From Octopus vulgaris (lineage: Eukaryota), in NCBI GenBank assembly GCA_951406725.2, contig OX597831.1:75578001-75642000 (forward strand): 64,000 nucleotides of DNA. The letters run 5' to 3'. Each line of letters starts with the position of its first letter. Position 1 is the first letter of the stretch. Below, in pieces: positions 1-12,169 of the stretch. Under the pieces are notes generated by a model that saw only the letters and a program-made list of their open reading frames with translations, was not told the origin of the DNA and searched no databases. The position numbers were made by a program, and so were the translations under genes.

Positions 1-422
1 ACATACCCATGTATACATCCCTACATTCGTATGTATATATACACATATATGCGTCCCAAATCACACGTAATCATTCCAAACCAAAGTTTCTGTTTGTAAA
101 GAACAGATTTGAACAAATGTGTCGCTATTTACCTTTGCCTTGCAATTTCGGACTGTCAACTTTGGAAAAAAAGAAAAAAAAAGAGGTAAAAAAGGTAAAA
201 AAAAAAAAAGAAGGAAAAAATGTCACTAACCTGTCTCTGCTTGTGCAGAGGGAGATTAATGGCTTATATAAGATTCGCATATACACACACACACACACAT
301 ACATGCATGCATACATACATACATATATACATACATGCACGTATATATGTATACACGCACACACACAGGCACGTTTATATGTACATACGCACACACAGAC
401 GCACGTATGTGTGTGTATGCAT

Positions 423-507
<85 letters not shown>

Positions 508-514
508 TATATCG

Positions 515-713
515 TGTGTACCGTTGGCGATTTTTTTTCCTCTGTCTTCCCTTCTCTGGATCTTTCCTTCTCCTATGTTTCCGACGAAGAGCTCCGCTCG
601 AAACGTTAAACCCTCCTTCTTTCCTTCTTTCCTGAGCGTCCAATAATACTATATTTGTTCCACGTCCTCGCGTTATTGTGTTTTCTCTTTGTGTTTTCTT
701 GTTTGGATTAACT
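515..713 (+). mobile_element. ~200-bp (TA)n-embedded repeat (family D, copy 1) carrying a hammerhead-like motif; Penelope pLTR/retrozyme-like
   Basis: Near-identical to 34005-34200 (+) and, over most of its length, to 50549-50735 (-); flanked by (TA)n on both sides. Confidence 0.75.
577..611 (+). ncRNA. Minimal type I hammerhead ribozyme-like motif (U4C core variant)
   Basis: GTTT-CCGACGA-A-GAGC tcc GCTC-GAAAC-GTT-AAAC: helix I GUUU/AAAC, helix II GAGC/GCUC, palindromic AACGUU in place of helix III. Confidence 0.55.
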
Positions 714-714
714 T

Positions 715-749
<35 letters not shown>

Positions 750-1098
750 ATATTTATCAAAAGAAAAACAGGATGCAAAGGATTTAGCGGTACATATGTT
801 TCTGGCCTTTATTAGACAGTTTATATCAATGCATAATTGATGTAATATGTATGTCAATAGCCTTCATCAGCGGCGCACAATTACCACACCAAAGACATGT
901 ATTACATTATAAGTTTGGGAAAAAGACTATTTTCGTTGGGGATGCAAATCCTCATATTCGTATACATAGATATGCATATATATATTTGCATATATAAATA
1001 TATGTGTATACATATGTTTGTCTATGTATGTATGTATGTATGTATGTATGTATCTATCTATCTATCTATCTCTCTCTCTCTCTCCCTCTATCTCTCTC

Positions 1099-1152
<54 letters not shown>

Positions 1153-1721
1153 CATACACACACACGCGCACGCATACACACACACACCAACACACAGCAC
1201 ACACACACATGTCATGCCAATCCATTCGTTGAACTCGCGTGACCATCACTGACCATAAAAAAATACTGCATATGCATATGTCTGTGTGTCTGTATGTATT
1301 TGCGCGTGTGTATGAGACCTGTGGTGACTCTTGACTCCTATTAATATCTTACAGTTTTTCTTTGTTTCTAATGGCAGACGACACCGATCGCCATGTTTTA
1401 TTTTGCTTGGATGTCGTCATCGTGTTCGTGTAAACGGTTGTCGTGAAGTTTTAAAACGATGACAAGGGAGCTGACACCCTTATTTCACACGTACGGATAG
1501 TTGACTTGCTTTACATTGATCAGTATGGACCCGCCATCCTACTTCGCCCTCGTTGTGCTTAATCTTACAAAATAGTTTCCGGCAGTTCTTTCGGTTTGTG
1601 ACCACAAAATGGTAATGGAAGCATAGATATTGACACATTATCCGGCAATGTTTAGTCGCACGTCTCAAATAGGCAGAGCAGCCACCGCTTTTATTTTGCT
1701 ATTATTATTTATTTATATTTA

Positions 1722-1925
1722 AAGGCGACGAGCTGGCAGGATCGTTACCATGCCGAACAAATCACTAAGCGACATTTCGATCGTCTTTACGTTAGAGCGC
1801 AAATTCCGTCAGGGTCGACTTTACTTTTCATCCGTTCGGGGTCGATAAAATAAGTAGCAGTCTATTATAGGGGTCGATGTAATCACGATTAACATACTTC
1901 TCCCAAATTTAAAGCCTTGTACAAA
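1722..1925 (+). mobile_element. SINE family B, diverged copy
   Basis: AAGGCGACGAGCTGGCAG...AAATTCCG..GGTCGACTTTACTTTTCATCCGTTCGGGGTCGATAA core shared with many other copies. Confidence 0.75.
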
Positions 1926-3025
1926 TAGTAAAAAGGGACGCCTGCTGGGTTCGGCTGCTCTACATTGATAAGGGGCAAATAGCCCGAAACTAGTCTGTAG
2001 ATGCCAGACCAGCAAGGGGAAGCGGCTGACCTCCCCTGTTCGAAGGTTATAATGGACACAGGTTCGTGTGTCACACAGCTAGCTAGAAGTGATGGCCTCT
2101 TGGAGCTAATCAACAGCAGCATTCGTCCTATTTTCCTGGACTGCCATTTTAACTTGGCGATAACTATTAATATTATTATCATTTTCCTTATTTCAAAGAC
2201 GTCTTTGAATTCCTATGCTTTCAGTAACGGAGAAAAGAAAGAAAAAGAAAATCTTTTGAAACGTATGTATGTCGAACAAATCCTTCTCAGAACTTATTTT
2301 CCCCAGGTCTGGTGCCTATTCTGTCGGTCTCTTTTTGCAGAATCGCTAAGTTACGGGGACGTAAACAAACCAACACCGGCTGTCATGTCGTGATGGTGGG
2401 TACAAACACAAATGCAAAGACACGCGAACACACACACATCTTTATATGTTATGAAGGCTTCCATACAGTTTCCGTTTATCGGATTCATTCATAAAACATA
2501 GCATAAGACATTTGCTGAAGATGCCGCTCTGCGGGACTGAACCCGAAATCACGTGGTTGTAAAGCTCCCTTTCTAACCACATTGCTATGCCTGCGCCTAA
2601 TAACAATAATAATCTTCGAAATCATAATTTAAAAAAACAAATTTCAGTACCAGTTGCTTACGATGAATTTCCGCCTTTAATTTGTGATCAGAAACCGAAA
2701 AGAAACCCATATTCCTTTTCTGAGCTTAAATGATCAACTTACGAACAAGAAACACGACCGCAAACATCACAATTATAATAAAGTGGAGTTTTCCTCCATT
2801 ATGGCAATTTATTTCATCTTCGCCATTCTGAACTAAAAACCGAGACCTGACCTATTGCTATTCTCCAGCTTGTTCTCTTACATGCCGTAGGCTTCTTGTT
2901 TTCTTTTAAGATATTACAAACCGAATTCTTAAGAAGCACACCCACACTTTGTTTCATCATAATTTACAGAAAAAGGAATATTTTTTTATGTAAATTTCTA
3001 AAAACACCTTTTAAGTGGTGTAGAT

Positions 3026-3311
3026 CAGTAGTTCCCAAAGTGGACGGTACCGTCGTCCCCCTGGGGACGGTGGAGAGATCCAGGGGCGGTGAAGAAAGAT
3101 GGGGCGATAATGAGGTGACAAAAACGAGGCAATGGATGTAAAAAAAATAAAACAAACAAAATAAAGGGTTAAGTTCTGTTTGTGAAATACTGTTGTTTCG
3201 AATTTAGTGTAGAAAATGGTCTATGTCTGTGATGGTGAGTCGGGTGGGGGCGCGAGGGATGTGACCTTAGAACCAAGGGGGCGGCAGCCTGAAAGCGTTT
3301 GAGAACCACTG
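3026..3311. mobile_element. Non-autonomous hAT-type MITE
   Basis: TIRs CAGTAGTTCCCAAAG / GTTTGAGAACCACTG; 8-bp TSD GTGTAGAT / GTGCAGAT (7/8). Confidence 0.75.
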
Positions 3312-3491
3312 GTGCAGATAACGAGTGTATCGAAGTTTAATGTGAAAAAGACAATAAAAATCGAATTGGTTGACGCATAAATTAACACAATGATAGACAT
3401 CACAATTTAAAAAAAATTTCAAGTCACATTTTGCAGATATATATGTGATGTGGGTCAGTATCTACGTGTGTTTTTTAATATTAAATTCCTA

Positions 3492-4260
3492 TAAGGCGGC
3501 GAGCTGGCAGAAACGTTAGCACTCCGGGTGAAATGCTTAGCAGTATTTCGTCTGCCGTTACGTTGTGAGTTCAAATTCCGCCGAGGTCGACTTTGCCTTT
3601 CATCCTTTCGGGGTCGATAAATTAAGTACCAGTTACGCACTGGGGTCGATGTAATCGACTTAATACCTACGTCTGCCCTTGTTTGTCCCCTCTATGTTTA
3701 GCCCCTTGTGGGTAATAGAGAAATAGGTATTTCGCCTGCCGCTACGTTCTGAGTTCAAATTCCGCCGAGGTCGACTTTGCCTTTCATCCTTTCGGGGTCG
3801 ATTAAATAAGTACCAGTTACGCACTGGTGTCGCTATAATCGACTTAATCCGTTTGTCCTCTCTGTATTTAGCCCCTTGTGGGTAGTAAAGAAATAGATAT
3901 TTCGTCTGCCGTTACGTTCTGAGTTCAAATTCCGTCGAGTTCGACTTTGCCTTTCATCCTTTCGGGGGTCGGTAAATTAAGTACCAGTTGCACACTAGGG
4001 TCGATCTAATCGACTGGTCCCATCCCCAAAATATCGGACTTTGTGCCTAGAGTAGAAAAGATTATTTATCAGAAAACTAAGGCGACGAGCTGGCAGAATC
4101 GTCTGCCGCTACGTTCTGAGTTCAAATTCCGCCAAGGGCAACTTTGCTTTTCATCCTTTCGGGGTCGATAAATTAAGTACCAGTTGTGTACTAGGGTCGG
4201 TCTAATCGACTGACCCCCTTCCCCCAAATTTCAGGCCTTGTGCCTAGAGTAGAAAAGAAT
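3492..4260 (+). mobile_element. SINE family B, tandem array of ~4 internal units
   Basis: Unit (...ACGTTCTGAGTTCAAATTCCGCCGAGGTCGACTTTGCCTTTCATCCTTTCGGGGTCGAT...) recurs at about 3545, 3730, 3900 and 4100. Confidence 0.85.
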
Positions 4261-5054
4261 ATTAAATTCCTATGTAATCATAATCCACACCATTTGAAAG
4301 GTATTTATAGAATATTTCATTAAAATATATCCATTTTTCCGAAAGGAAACAAAGTCGGTGGTTTACCTTCTTAAGCTTGTGTTGTGGACATAAATCTTCG
4401 TTTAGCTCACCGTAAATCAGTTAAGCAGTTACTTTCGTATGTATTCCTCATCCTCTGTGAAGGCGCAGGGCTTTGTCGTTTGGGTATTTGGTCACTTGCA
4501 CGTTAATTCCATGATCAGGATGTTCTGTTGATCGGATTGACTGGAGCCCTGGTCATCGTAACCGGCGGAATGCCAGAAATTAACGTCCTCTCAATATGTT
4601 CTGTCCATTTTAACCTGTGGCCATGTATTTGAGCTTCCACAACACCAGGGTCGACAAGTTCCTTACATCATTTTGTTTCTTATTACCCACACAAGGGGCC
4701 AAACATAGAGGGGACAAACAAAGACAGACAAAGGGATTAAGTCGATTACATCGACCCCAGTGCATAACTGGTACTTAATTTATCGACCCCGAAAAGATGA
4801 AAGGCAAAGTCGGCCTTACATCATTGACCTTGTCATTGAATCATTGATAACTTGTCGATCTCCGTCTTGGAAATATCTAAGATATAAGCAAAAAGTATGA
4901 GTGATAAAAGAGTTCTTGGTTTGAAAATAATAATACCATTGTTCTTTTGTGTCGTTGCAGCTTTTTAATGGGAAATATTCAAAGAAATTTAACGAAAATA
5001 CTTAACGAAGTTCATAATAAACAATAAAAATCCAGTCATATCAAACTGGTTTCA

Positions 5055-5445
5055 GATTTTGGTCCAAGGCCAACAATTTCAAGGAGGGGGTTAAGTCGAT
5101 TACACCGACGCCAGGGTTCAACTGATACTTATTTCCCCGAAATCAATCTCGGCGGAATTTGAACTCAGAACGTAGAGACGGATAAAATGCTGCTAATCAT
5201 TTTATCCGGCGCGTTTACAGTTTTGCCAGCTTGCTTGCCTAGAGTTGTTAAGGCCGCAAGCTGGCAGAATCGTTAGCACTGAGCAGCAGTACCTTTACGT
5301 TCTGAGTTCAAATTCCGTCGCGGTCGACTTAAGCTTTCATCCTTTCGGGGACGATGAAATAAATACCAGCTGAATACTAAGGTCGATGGATTCAACAAGC
5401 CTCCTCCCTAAAAATTTCAGGCCTTGAGTCTATAGCAGAAAGAAT
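5055..5445. mobile_element. Two diverged family B SINEs in divergent orientation
   Basis: GGCGGAATTTGAACTCAGAACG (minus copy, ~5150) and ACGTTCTGAGTTCAAATTCCG (plus copy, ~5297). Confidence 0.7.
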
Positions 5446-5705
5446 TCTATTGATATAGCTAGAATATTTAATGTGAAATATGTGTTTGGTGAATATTGAT
5501 ATTTCATCGATATCTGACTGGAAATTAGTGAATTTTAGCCTTAAATTAAACCACAGATTTTCTAGATTTCAGTTCGCTAATAATCTAGCCCCCTAAATTC
5601 TCAAAAATCGTTTCAGGTGTTTATCGACCCCTAGGATAGCCACATAAAGCGCCAGAGGTCAATACTAGCCACTTTGCCAACCCCTGCTCTACACAGACTG
5701 TACAG

Positions 5706-5906
5706 CAGTGCTTTTCAAACTTTTTGCTGGAGCGGAACCCCAAGGAAACATTCCACTGGCTCGGGGAACCCCTGTGCAATAATTTAATAGTCTTCTGCAC
5801 ACATATCTGCACAGGAGACTTAAAAATTACTGCCGATTTTAGCAGTTTTGTAATTTCTTGCAGAACCCCTGCACTGTACTGGCGGAACCCCGGTTGAAAA
5901 CCACTG
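5706..5906. mobile_element. Non-autonomous hAT (Charlie-like) MITE
   Basis: TIRs CAGTGCTTTTCAAAC / GGTTGAAAACCACTG; perfect 8-bp TSD CTGTACAG (5698-5705, 5907-5914); internal GGAACCCC motifs. Confidence 0.9.
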
Positions 5907-6642
5907 CTGTACAGGCTCATCTACATCACCATTACTTGAGTGTTAGGGGTGTATGTGGACCAGTGACTATCTAAGATAGTCCGGCAGCCCCACTGGTGAA
6001 AACGTTTCAGGAGTTTTAAATATTTTCTAAAGATTCCGCTCGCCCATTCACAGCAAACAAGGCACAGGGCCAAACTTTAAATCGTGTAGGTGTATTGTCA
6101 CCCAATACGATGTTTCCTCACGGCCATTTATACGTCGCTATGAGTAGAGCAACGGACTCCAGGAATTTGAAAATTAGTGTCCACCAAACAGAAAATATCG
6201 TCTACAAAGAAGTTTTGTAAAAATATTGATATTATCAAAAGGAATAGGATTCGTAATTTAAATAAGGAAATTTGTGAACTTTGAATGTATAAACAAGTGT
6301 AAAATATAAACAAGTGTAAAATAGTATAAACAACTATTTTTTCTTAATAAATTTTATGTAGTGGTCGCAGGAGGCCCTGGCTTTCGTTAGGAGTGGTCCA
6401 CATAACCATTCATGATGCAGAGGATGGGAGCCTGTTTCAGTTTGGGAGTGAATCGTCATCACATGTCACTTAGTCGCAAACACATGTCATATGGCTGCAA
6501 TAGAATGCTCTAACACCAACAATAATGTGATTTCTCTAAGACATCACCCAATAATCTATCAAAGTCCATTTACACATTTCCGAATTCATACTGATCTTAC
6601 GACTTCCCTCACTTTATGTCTCCATCGTAGATGGGTAAGTTT

Positions 6643-7028
6643 GGATGGAAGCACTCCGTCGGTTACGACGACGAGGGTTCCGGTTGATCCGATCAACGGA
6701 ACAGCCTGCTCGTGAAATTAACGTGTAAGTGGCTGAGCACTCCACAGACACGTGTACCCTTAACGTAGTTCTCGGGGATATTCAGCGTGACACAGAGAGT
6801 GACAAGGCCGGCCCTTTGAAATACAGGTACAACAGAAACAGGAAGAAAGAGTGAGAGAAAGAGTGGTGAAAGAGTACAGCAGGGATCACCACCATCCCCT
6901 GCCGGAGCCTCGTGGAGCCTTAGGTGTTTTCGCTCAATAAACACTCAGAACGCCCGTTCTGGGAATCGAAACCGCGATCCTATGACCGCGAGTCCGCTGC
7001 CCTAACCACTGGGCCATTGCGCCTCCAC
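6643..7028 (-). mobile_element. tRNA-derived SINE family C, full length
   Basis: Minus-strand head GGAGGCGCAATGGCCCAGTGGTTAGGGCAG...GGTTTCGATTCC (A and B boxes); 13-bp TSD GATGGGTAAGTTT at 6630-6642 and 7029-7041. Confidence 0.9.
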
Positions 7029-7214
7029 GATGGGTAAGTTTACTAGTTGCAAAAATAGGGGGTACGATATGATCCCCCTGCTTTAGTCCATCCTCATTCC
7101 ATTAATATTTATATGGAGCTCCAATGTCCACTAGCATATTGTGGAATGCCAGTATACTTCAAAAGGTGCTCTGGACAACCAGCTTTTCCAAGTATGGTCA
7201 GCATAACATTGGTG

Positions 7215-7585
7215 CAGGCGTGGCTGTGTTGCTCCCCAACCACATGGTTCCGGATTCAATCCCACTTCGTGGCACCTTGGGCATATGTCTTCTACTATAG
7301 CTAAGGACCGACCAAAGCCTTGTGAATGTATTTGGTAGACGGAAACTGAAAGAAGCCCGTCGTGTATGTGTGTGTGTGTGCCTGTGTTTGTCAGCCGCCA
7401 CCGCTTGACGAGCAATGTTGGAGTATTTACGTATCCGTAACTTGGCAGTTCAGCAAAGAGAAATCGATAGATTAAGTACCAGGCTTACAAAAAATAAGTA
7501 CTGGAGTCGATTTATTCGACAAAAAACTCTTCAAGGTGGTGCCGTAGCATGGCCGCAAGCTAATGACTGAAACAAGCATAAAAAG
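7215..7585 (+). mobile_element. tRNA-derived SINE family A
   Basis: Head CAGGCGTGGCTGTG...CACATGGTTCCGG, central (TG)n, tail GCATGGCCGCA..ATGACTGAAACAAG. Confidence 0.8.
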
Positions 7586-8133
7586 GTAACTGATAGCCTC
7601 CATACTGACAGTCACAAAGACCTTTGTGAGTTTTACAAACTTTTGTACCAGGTCCTGTGGTTGCTTGCTGTACTAGATACCTTAACCTATTGCCTGCCAT
7701 GAGCCCCATTTGGGGATCTGGTACAAACTGTCTCACTGCCGGTTCTTCGTTGTATTTAAAGTGAATTGCTTATTTACATCGCATTTGCAGAGATGTGTTG
7801 AACAATATTTAGTAATTAAAGTTTGTCATTATTAGCTCTGGCTAATTCTAGAGGACATTTTATGTCATAAATCGCTATTTCTGAACTACAAAAATATTGA
7901 CTGTTTTGAAAAGGCTTTTTTTTTTTGCCTTCCCCATTTAATATATCATTCATTGGTATTTCATACACATTCGCATTTGATAGTATAGTTTCAAAAAGAA
8001 AAAAAAAAGACTGAAATATTTATTATTGCAATTGAATAGAAAAGAATAAATATTCTTTTTTTTTTCAGTGATCACCATTTGGGGCTTTTCGAAAAATTTA
8101 TCCTATTTTCCAAAATAATTCACAGATTAGGTG

Positions 8134-8291
8134 CAGGAGTGGCTGTGTGGTAAGTAGCTTGTTCACCGACCACATGGTTCCGGGTTTAGTCCCACTGCGT
8201 GGCACCTTGGGCAAGTGTCTTCTACTATAGCCCCGGGCCGACCAAAGCCTTGTGAGTGGATTTGGTAGATGGAAACTGAAAGAAGCCTGTC

Positions 8292-8373
<82 letters not shown>

Positions 8374-8582
8374 ATGTGTATGTGTTTGTGTGTCTGTCCC
8401 CCTAGCATTGCTTGACAACTGATGCTGGTGTGTTTATGTCCCCGTTACCTAGCGGTTCGGCAAAAAAGACCGATAGAATAAGTACTGGGCTTACAAAAGA
8501 ATAAGTCCCAGGGTCGAGTTGCTCGATTAAAGGCGGTGCTCCAGCATGGCTGCAGTCAAATGACTGAAACAAGTAAAAGAGT
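8134..8582 (+). mobile_element. tRNA-derived SINE family A, full length with central (TA)n/(TG)n
   Basis: CAGGAGTGGCTGTGTGGTAAGTAGCTTG...GGAAACTGAAAGAAGCCTGTCG-(TA)n-...GGCGGTGCTCCAGCATGGCTGCAGTCAAATGACTGAAACAAGTAAAAGAG; roughly 20 copies in the window. Confidence 0.9.
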
Positions 8583-9032
8583 ATTAAAAAAATTTAAATA
8601 CTGTATATTATTTTAACTCCTAAGACACAAGGCAAAGCCAAAAAATATGAATTAAAAAATTCGACAGTTAATGGGTTCAGATGCCTCAGCTGGGATGTAG
8701 ACACCAGTGAAACGGTGGAAGTATATTCTTTGCCATGTTAGGCACGACCAAAGACTTCCAGAAAGGGTCTCACCGGCACCACAAAGAATAGGGATACTCC
8801 GGCTGTCTGGTGAAGAATTTCGCTTTCCAATCATGGGATTTTAGGTTCAGTCTCACTTGGTGGTACCTTGAACAAGTGTCTTTTTCTTTAGCCCGGACCA
8901 ACCAATGCATTATGAATGAATTTGGGAGACGGAAACTGTGCGGAAACCCGTCGTATCTCTAAATATGTGTATGTGTGTGTGTGTTCAAAATTAGCGTCGA
9001 GAATAACTCAATCACACAAGCACGCACATATA

Positions 9033-9091
<59 letters not shown>

Positions 9092-9327
9092 AATGATAAA
9101 GAAAAAGGGGGCGAGAAAGATATGTATGTATGTGAAAAGCTTAAGAGAGTGGGAGAGGGGAAGAGGGAAAAAGAAAGAATGTAAGAAAGAAAGATGGAAA
9201 GAGGGAGGAAGAGAAGCAGAGAAAGAAAGTGTGCGTGTGAGTGCGTGTACGTCTGTGAGTGCGCGAGTGTGTATATGTATGTGAGAGAGAGAGGGAGGAG
9301 TGAGAGAGAGAGAGAGAGAGAGAGGGG

Positions 9328-9368
<41 letters not shown>

Positions 9369-9726
9369 GGTGAGTGAGAGAGAGAGAGAGAAGCAGACAG
9401 TGTGTGTGTCAAAGTGTATTTATTTACAAAACTTTTTAAAAGCTGTGCCCAAAATTGCAAAACGTCTTACAGACATTAATTAAAATAGAAAAGACATTTA
9501 AAGCCACTTCAATAAAATACGCAACATTTCCTTCTGTCCTTTTTTAATAATCTAGTGGCTTTCCTCGCCCTCTTTGTCCCTCTTTAAATTCAATTACATT
9601 TTCTTTGTCAAATTTTATTAAATAACATATTTTATCAATTTTTGTATTTAAAAAAAAAATGCTTTCTTTATAAATTATAATAAGTTTTGTCATCAACTAC
9701 AGAAACAACATCACTATATTATCAAA

Positions 9727-9768
<42 letters not shown>

Positions 9769-9830
9769 TGACAAGCACTGTCGAGGGACCTGCTAAAGGG
9801 AGCAACCAAATTTCACTCAAATCACACCTG

Positions 9831-9901
9831 TCTTCTTCTTCTTCTTCTTCTTCTTCTTCTTCTTCTTCTTCTTCTTCTTCTTCTTCTTCTTCTTCTTCTT
9901 C
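9831..9901. repeat. (TCT)n microsatellite
   Basis: Direct reading. Confidence 0.95.
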
Positions 9902-10584
9902 AGGCGTCGACGAGGAACGTTCAGGCTGGTCTGTTTGGGAGGACTATCGGACAGGGAACAACCTTGCGCATAACGTCCAGAAATCCCTGACCTGGCACTG
10001 CCACCGAGAGGTCACCGTTGGTTTGAGATAAACTGTTCAATCACGGAAGTGCTGCCAGCCACCTTCTGAAGAACTCGCTGCGCGACGAAACAGTATTGCG
10101 CGGATTGGTGCAGGATCTCAGCGTTGTTCAGTTGGTGAGTTTTGTCGAACATCCATCGTGTTGTGAAGGACGAATCCGGATATTGATCAAGTCCATCATG
10201 AGGGTCGCCCCACCACCTACCTTTAAGAAAGCAAGGCAGACGGTGTTCTAATGGCTATGACAAAAGAGGTTATGTGATGGACAAGTTTGAAAGGATTTAG
10301 GACAGACACCTTCCCCCTTCAGTCAAACTCTCATTCGACTGTTTCAAGTTCCCTTTCGAAAGGGGAGGGTGAAGAGGGAAGTGCTCTCTCTCAGCGAGCT
10401 TGTAAAAAGGTGGTTGAATGTGGAAAGAATATTTCGGGTAACTGGACTCATCATAAGTATGCGCATGTTAGGCAAGGGTTGTGCCCTTGGTATTCAAGAT
10501 GAACCTGGATCTGTAGGGTTCCTTAATTGACCCTAGCTGGAAGTTCCCCCCAATCAGAAGAGTGCATCGTCCACACCTTTCTTT

Positions 10585-10990
10585 TATCCTTTCCTAGTTT
10601 CAGTCATTAGACTGCGGCCATGCTGGGGCACCGCCTTGAAAAATGTTTAGTCGAACCAGTCGACCCCAGTATATATATATTTTTTAAAGCTTGGTAGCTT
10701 ATTCTATCTGTCTCTTTTGTCGACCCACTAAGTTACGTGGACAAACACACCAGCACCAGTTGTCAAGGGGTGGAGAGAGACAAACATACACACACACACA
10801 CACATTCATACGTACACGTACACATTTATATCTATATACGACGGGTTTCTTTCAGTTTCTGTCTCCCAAATCCACTCAGAAGGCTTTGTTAGCCCGAGGC
10901 TATAGTAAAAAGCACTTGCCTAAGGTGCGATGCAGTGGGATTGAACCTGTGACCAGAGAAGCAAACTTCTTACCACGCAGCCACACTCAC
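10585..10990 (-). mobile_element. SINE family A
   Basis: Reverse complement of the family A consensus. Confidence 0.8.
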
Positions 10991-11317
10991 GCACATGTGC
11001 CTACATATTTTGTATACTTTATATTTCATTTGTTCTTCTCTCCCTTTCTTTCCCTCATTTTATGTACCCCTTCGTCTGATGTGCCCATGGCAAACAAAAA
11101 CACATGGCTATGATGCTCCCCCACTACTTCTGCTCGTGATCAGAGATGCACATATCGTCAGCCACTAAGAGACATGCTCAACTGGTTATGGTCAAGCAAC
11201 TGAGAAGTAAATCTGTGGTATTGAGTAGAATATTTGCTGTAGCCCATCTTTTGTACCAAGACAAAACAATTTATATGATAACACTTTCAATCAGTTAAGA
11301 TCAAAAGCCATCAGGGC

Positions 11318-11320
<3 letters not shown>

Positions 11321-11375
<55 letters not shown>

Positions 11376-11409
11376 GTTATTATTATTGTTATTATTATTA
11401 TTATTATTA

Positions 11410-11501
<92 letters not shown>
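11321..11501. repeat. (TTA)n microsatellite
   Basis: Direct reading, ~60 units. Confidence 0.95.
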
Positions 11502-11502
<1 letters not shown>

Positions 11503-12165
11503 TCTATCTTTAGGTCACTCTTTCTCATCCACAGCCACCGGTCTTCTGTATCTGACTTGGCGTTCATATCTCTTGCAAACTGACCGTACATTATTTTTTT
11601 CTCCTTCCATGCTGTTTCTTTCTCTTTTTTTCTGTGTTCCTTTCCTCTTTCATCTTTTCTTTCTTTACACCATTATCAATTTTGCTGACGCCGGACCTCT
11701 TTACATGTTCCAAAAATGGTTACACGTAATTTTTTTACATACTCCAACCCCCTAAGATGTTTTCTTCTGCTTCGATACAATCTTTGCTTCTGGTCAAACC
11801 TATCCCACACTTCATAGTTGTTTATTTTTTTCTTCTTCTTTCACATTGATCCTGTTGTCACTGAGGCATACTATGTCGATTATCATGCAAGTTCTTTCTT
11901 TTTTATTCACCACAACAAAATCTGGTTTTCGATGTCTGGTCAGGTGATCGCACTGGATCATTGCATTCCACAGGATTTTGCAATTCTCATTTTCGGCTAT
12001 TCTTTCTGGAATTTGCTCTTTGTAAGGTCGTAATTTCTACAGATCTCCAAACGGATCATTCTTGCCACATTGTCATGGCGTCTTTTGTATTCGCGTTGTG
12101 CCAATTTCGGGCATTCGCTAACGATGTGGCATATCCTTTCACCCCTTTCACCACACATTCTGCAT
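11502..12165 (-). pseudogene. R4/Dong-like RLE non-LTR retrotransposon fragments (post-RT and endonuclease regions)
   Basis: Minus-strand peptides MYGQFARDM...WLWMRKSDLKIE and ECPKLAQREYKRRHDNVAR...RKPDFVVVNKKERTCMIIDI (Zn-knuckle flank plus PD-(D/E)xK-type endonuclease); frameshifted. Confidence 0.75.
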
Positions 12166-12169
12166 TTTT

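Noticed and set aside
9-1252. 100-217-aa ORFs rich in YI/HT/CV
   Set aside because: They are translations of (TA)n, (CA)n and (TATG)n microsatellites; the same applies to dozens of similar ORFs across the window.
3455-3640. Recurrent peptide MRNWYLIYRPRKDERQSRPRRNLNS in many ORFs
   Set aside because: Antisense translation of the family B SINE core, not a gene family.
3492-4260. Regularly spaced repeats superficially like a CRISPR array
   Set aside because: The inter-repeat sequence is itself repeated, there are no cas genes, and the context is eukaryotic SINE DNA.
6950-7028. tRNA gene
   Set aside because: A and B boxes are present, but the sequence continues into a SINE body with a TSD and lacks a proper acceptor stem; it is a SINE head.
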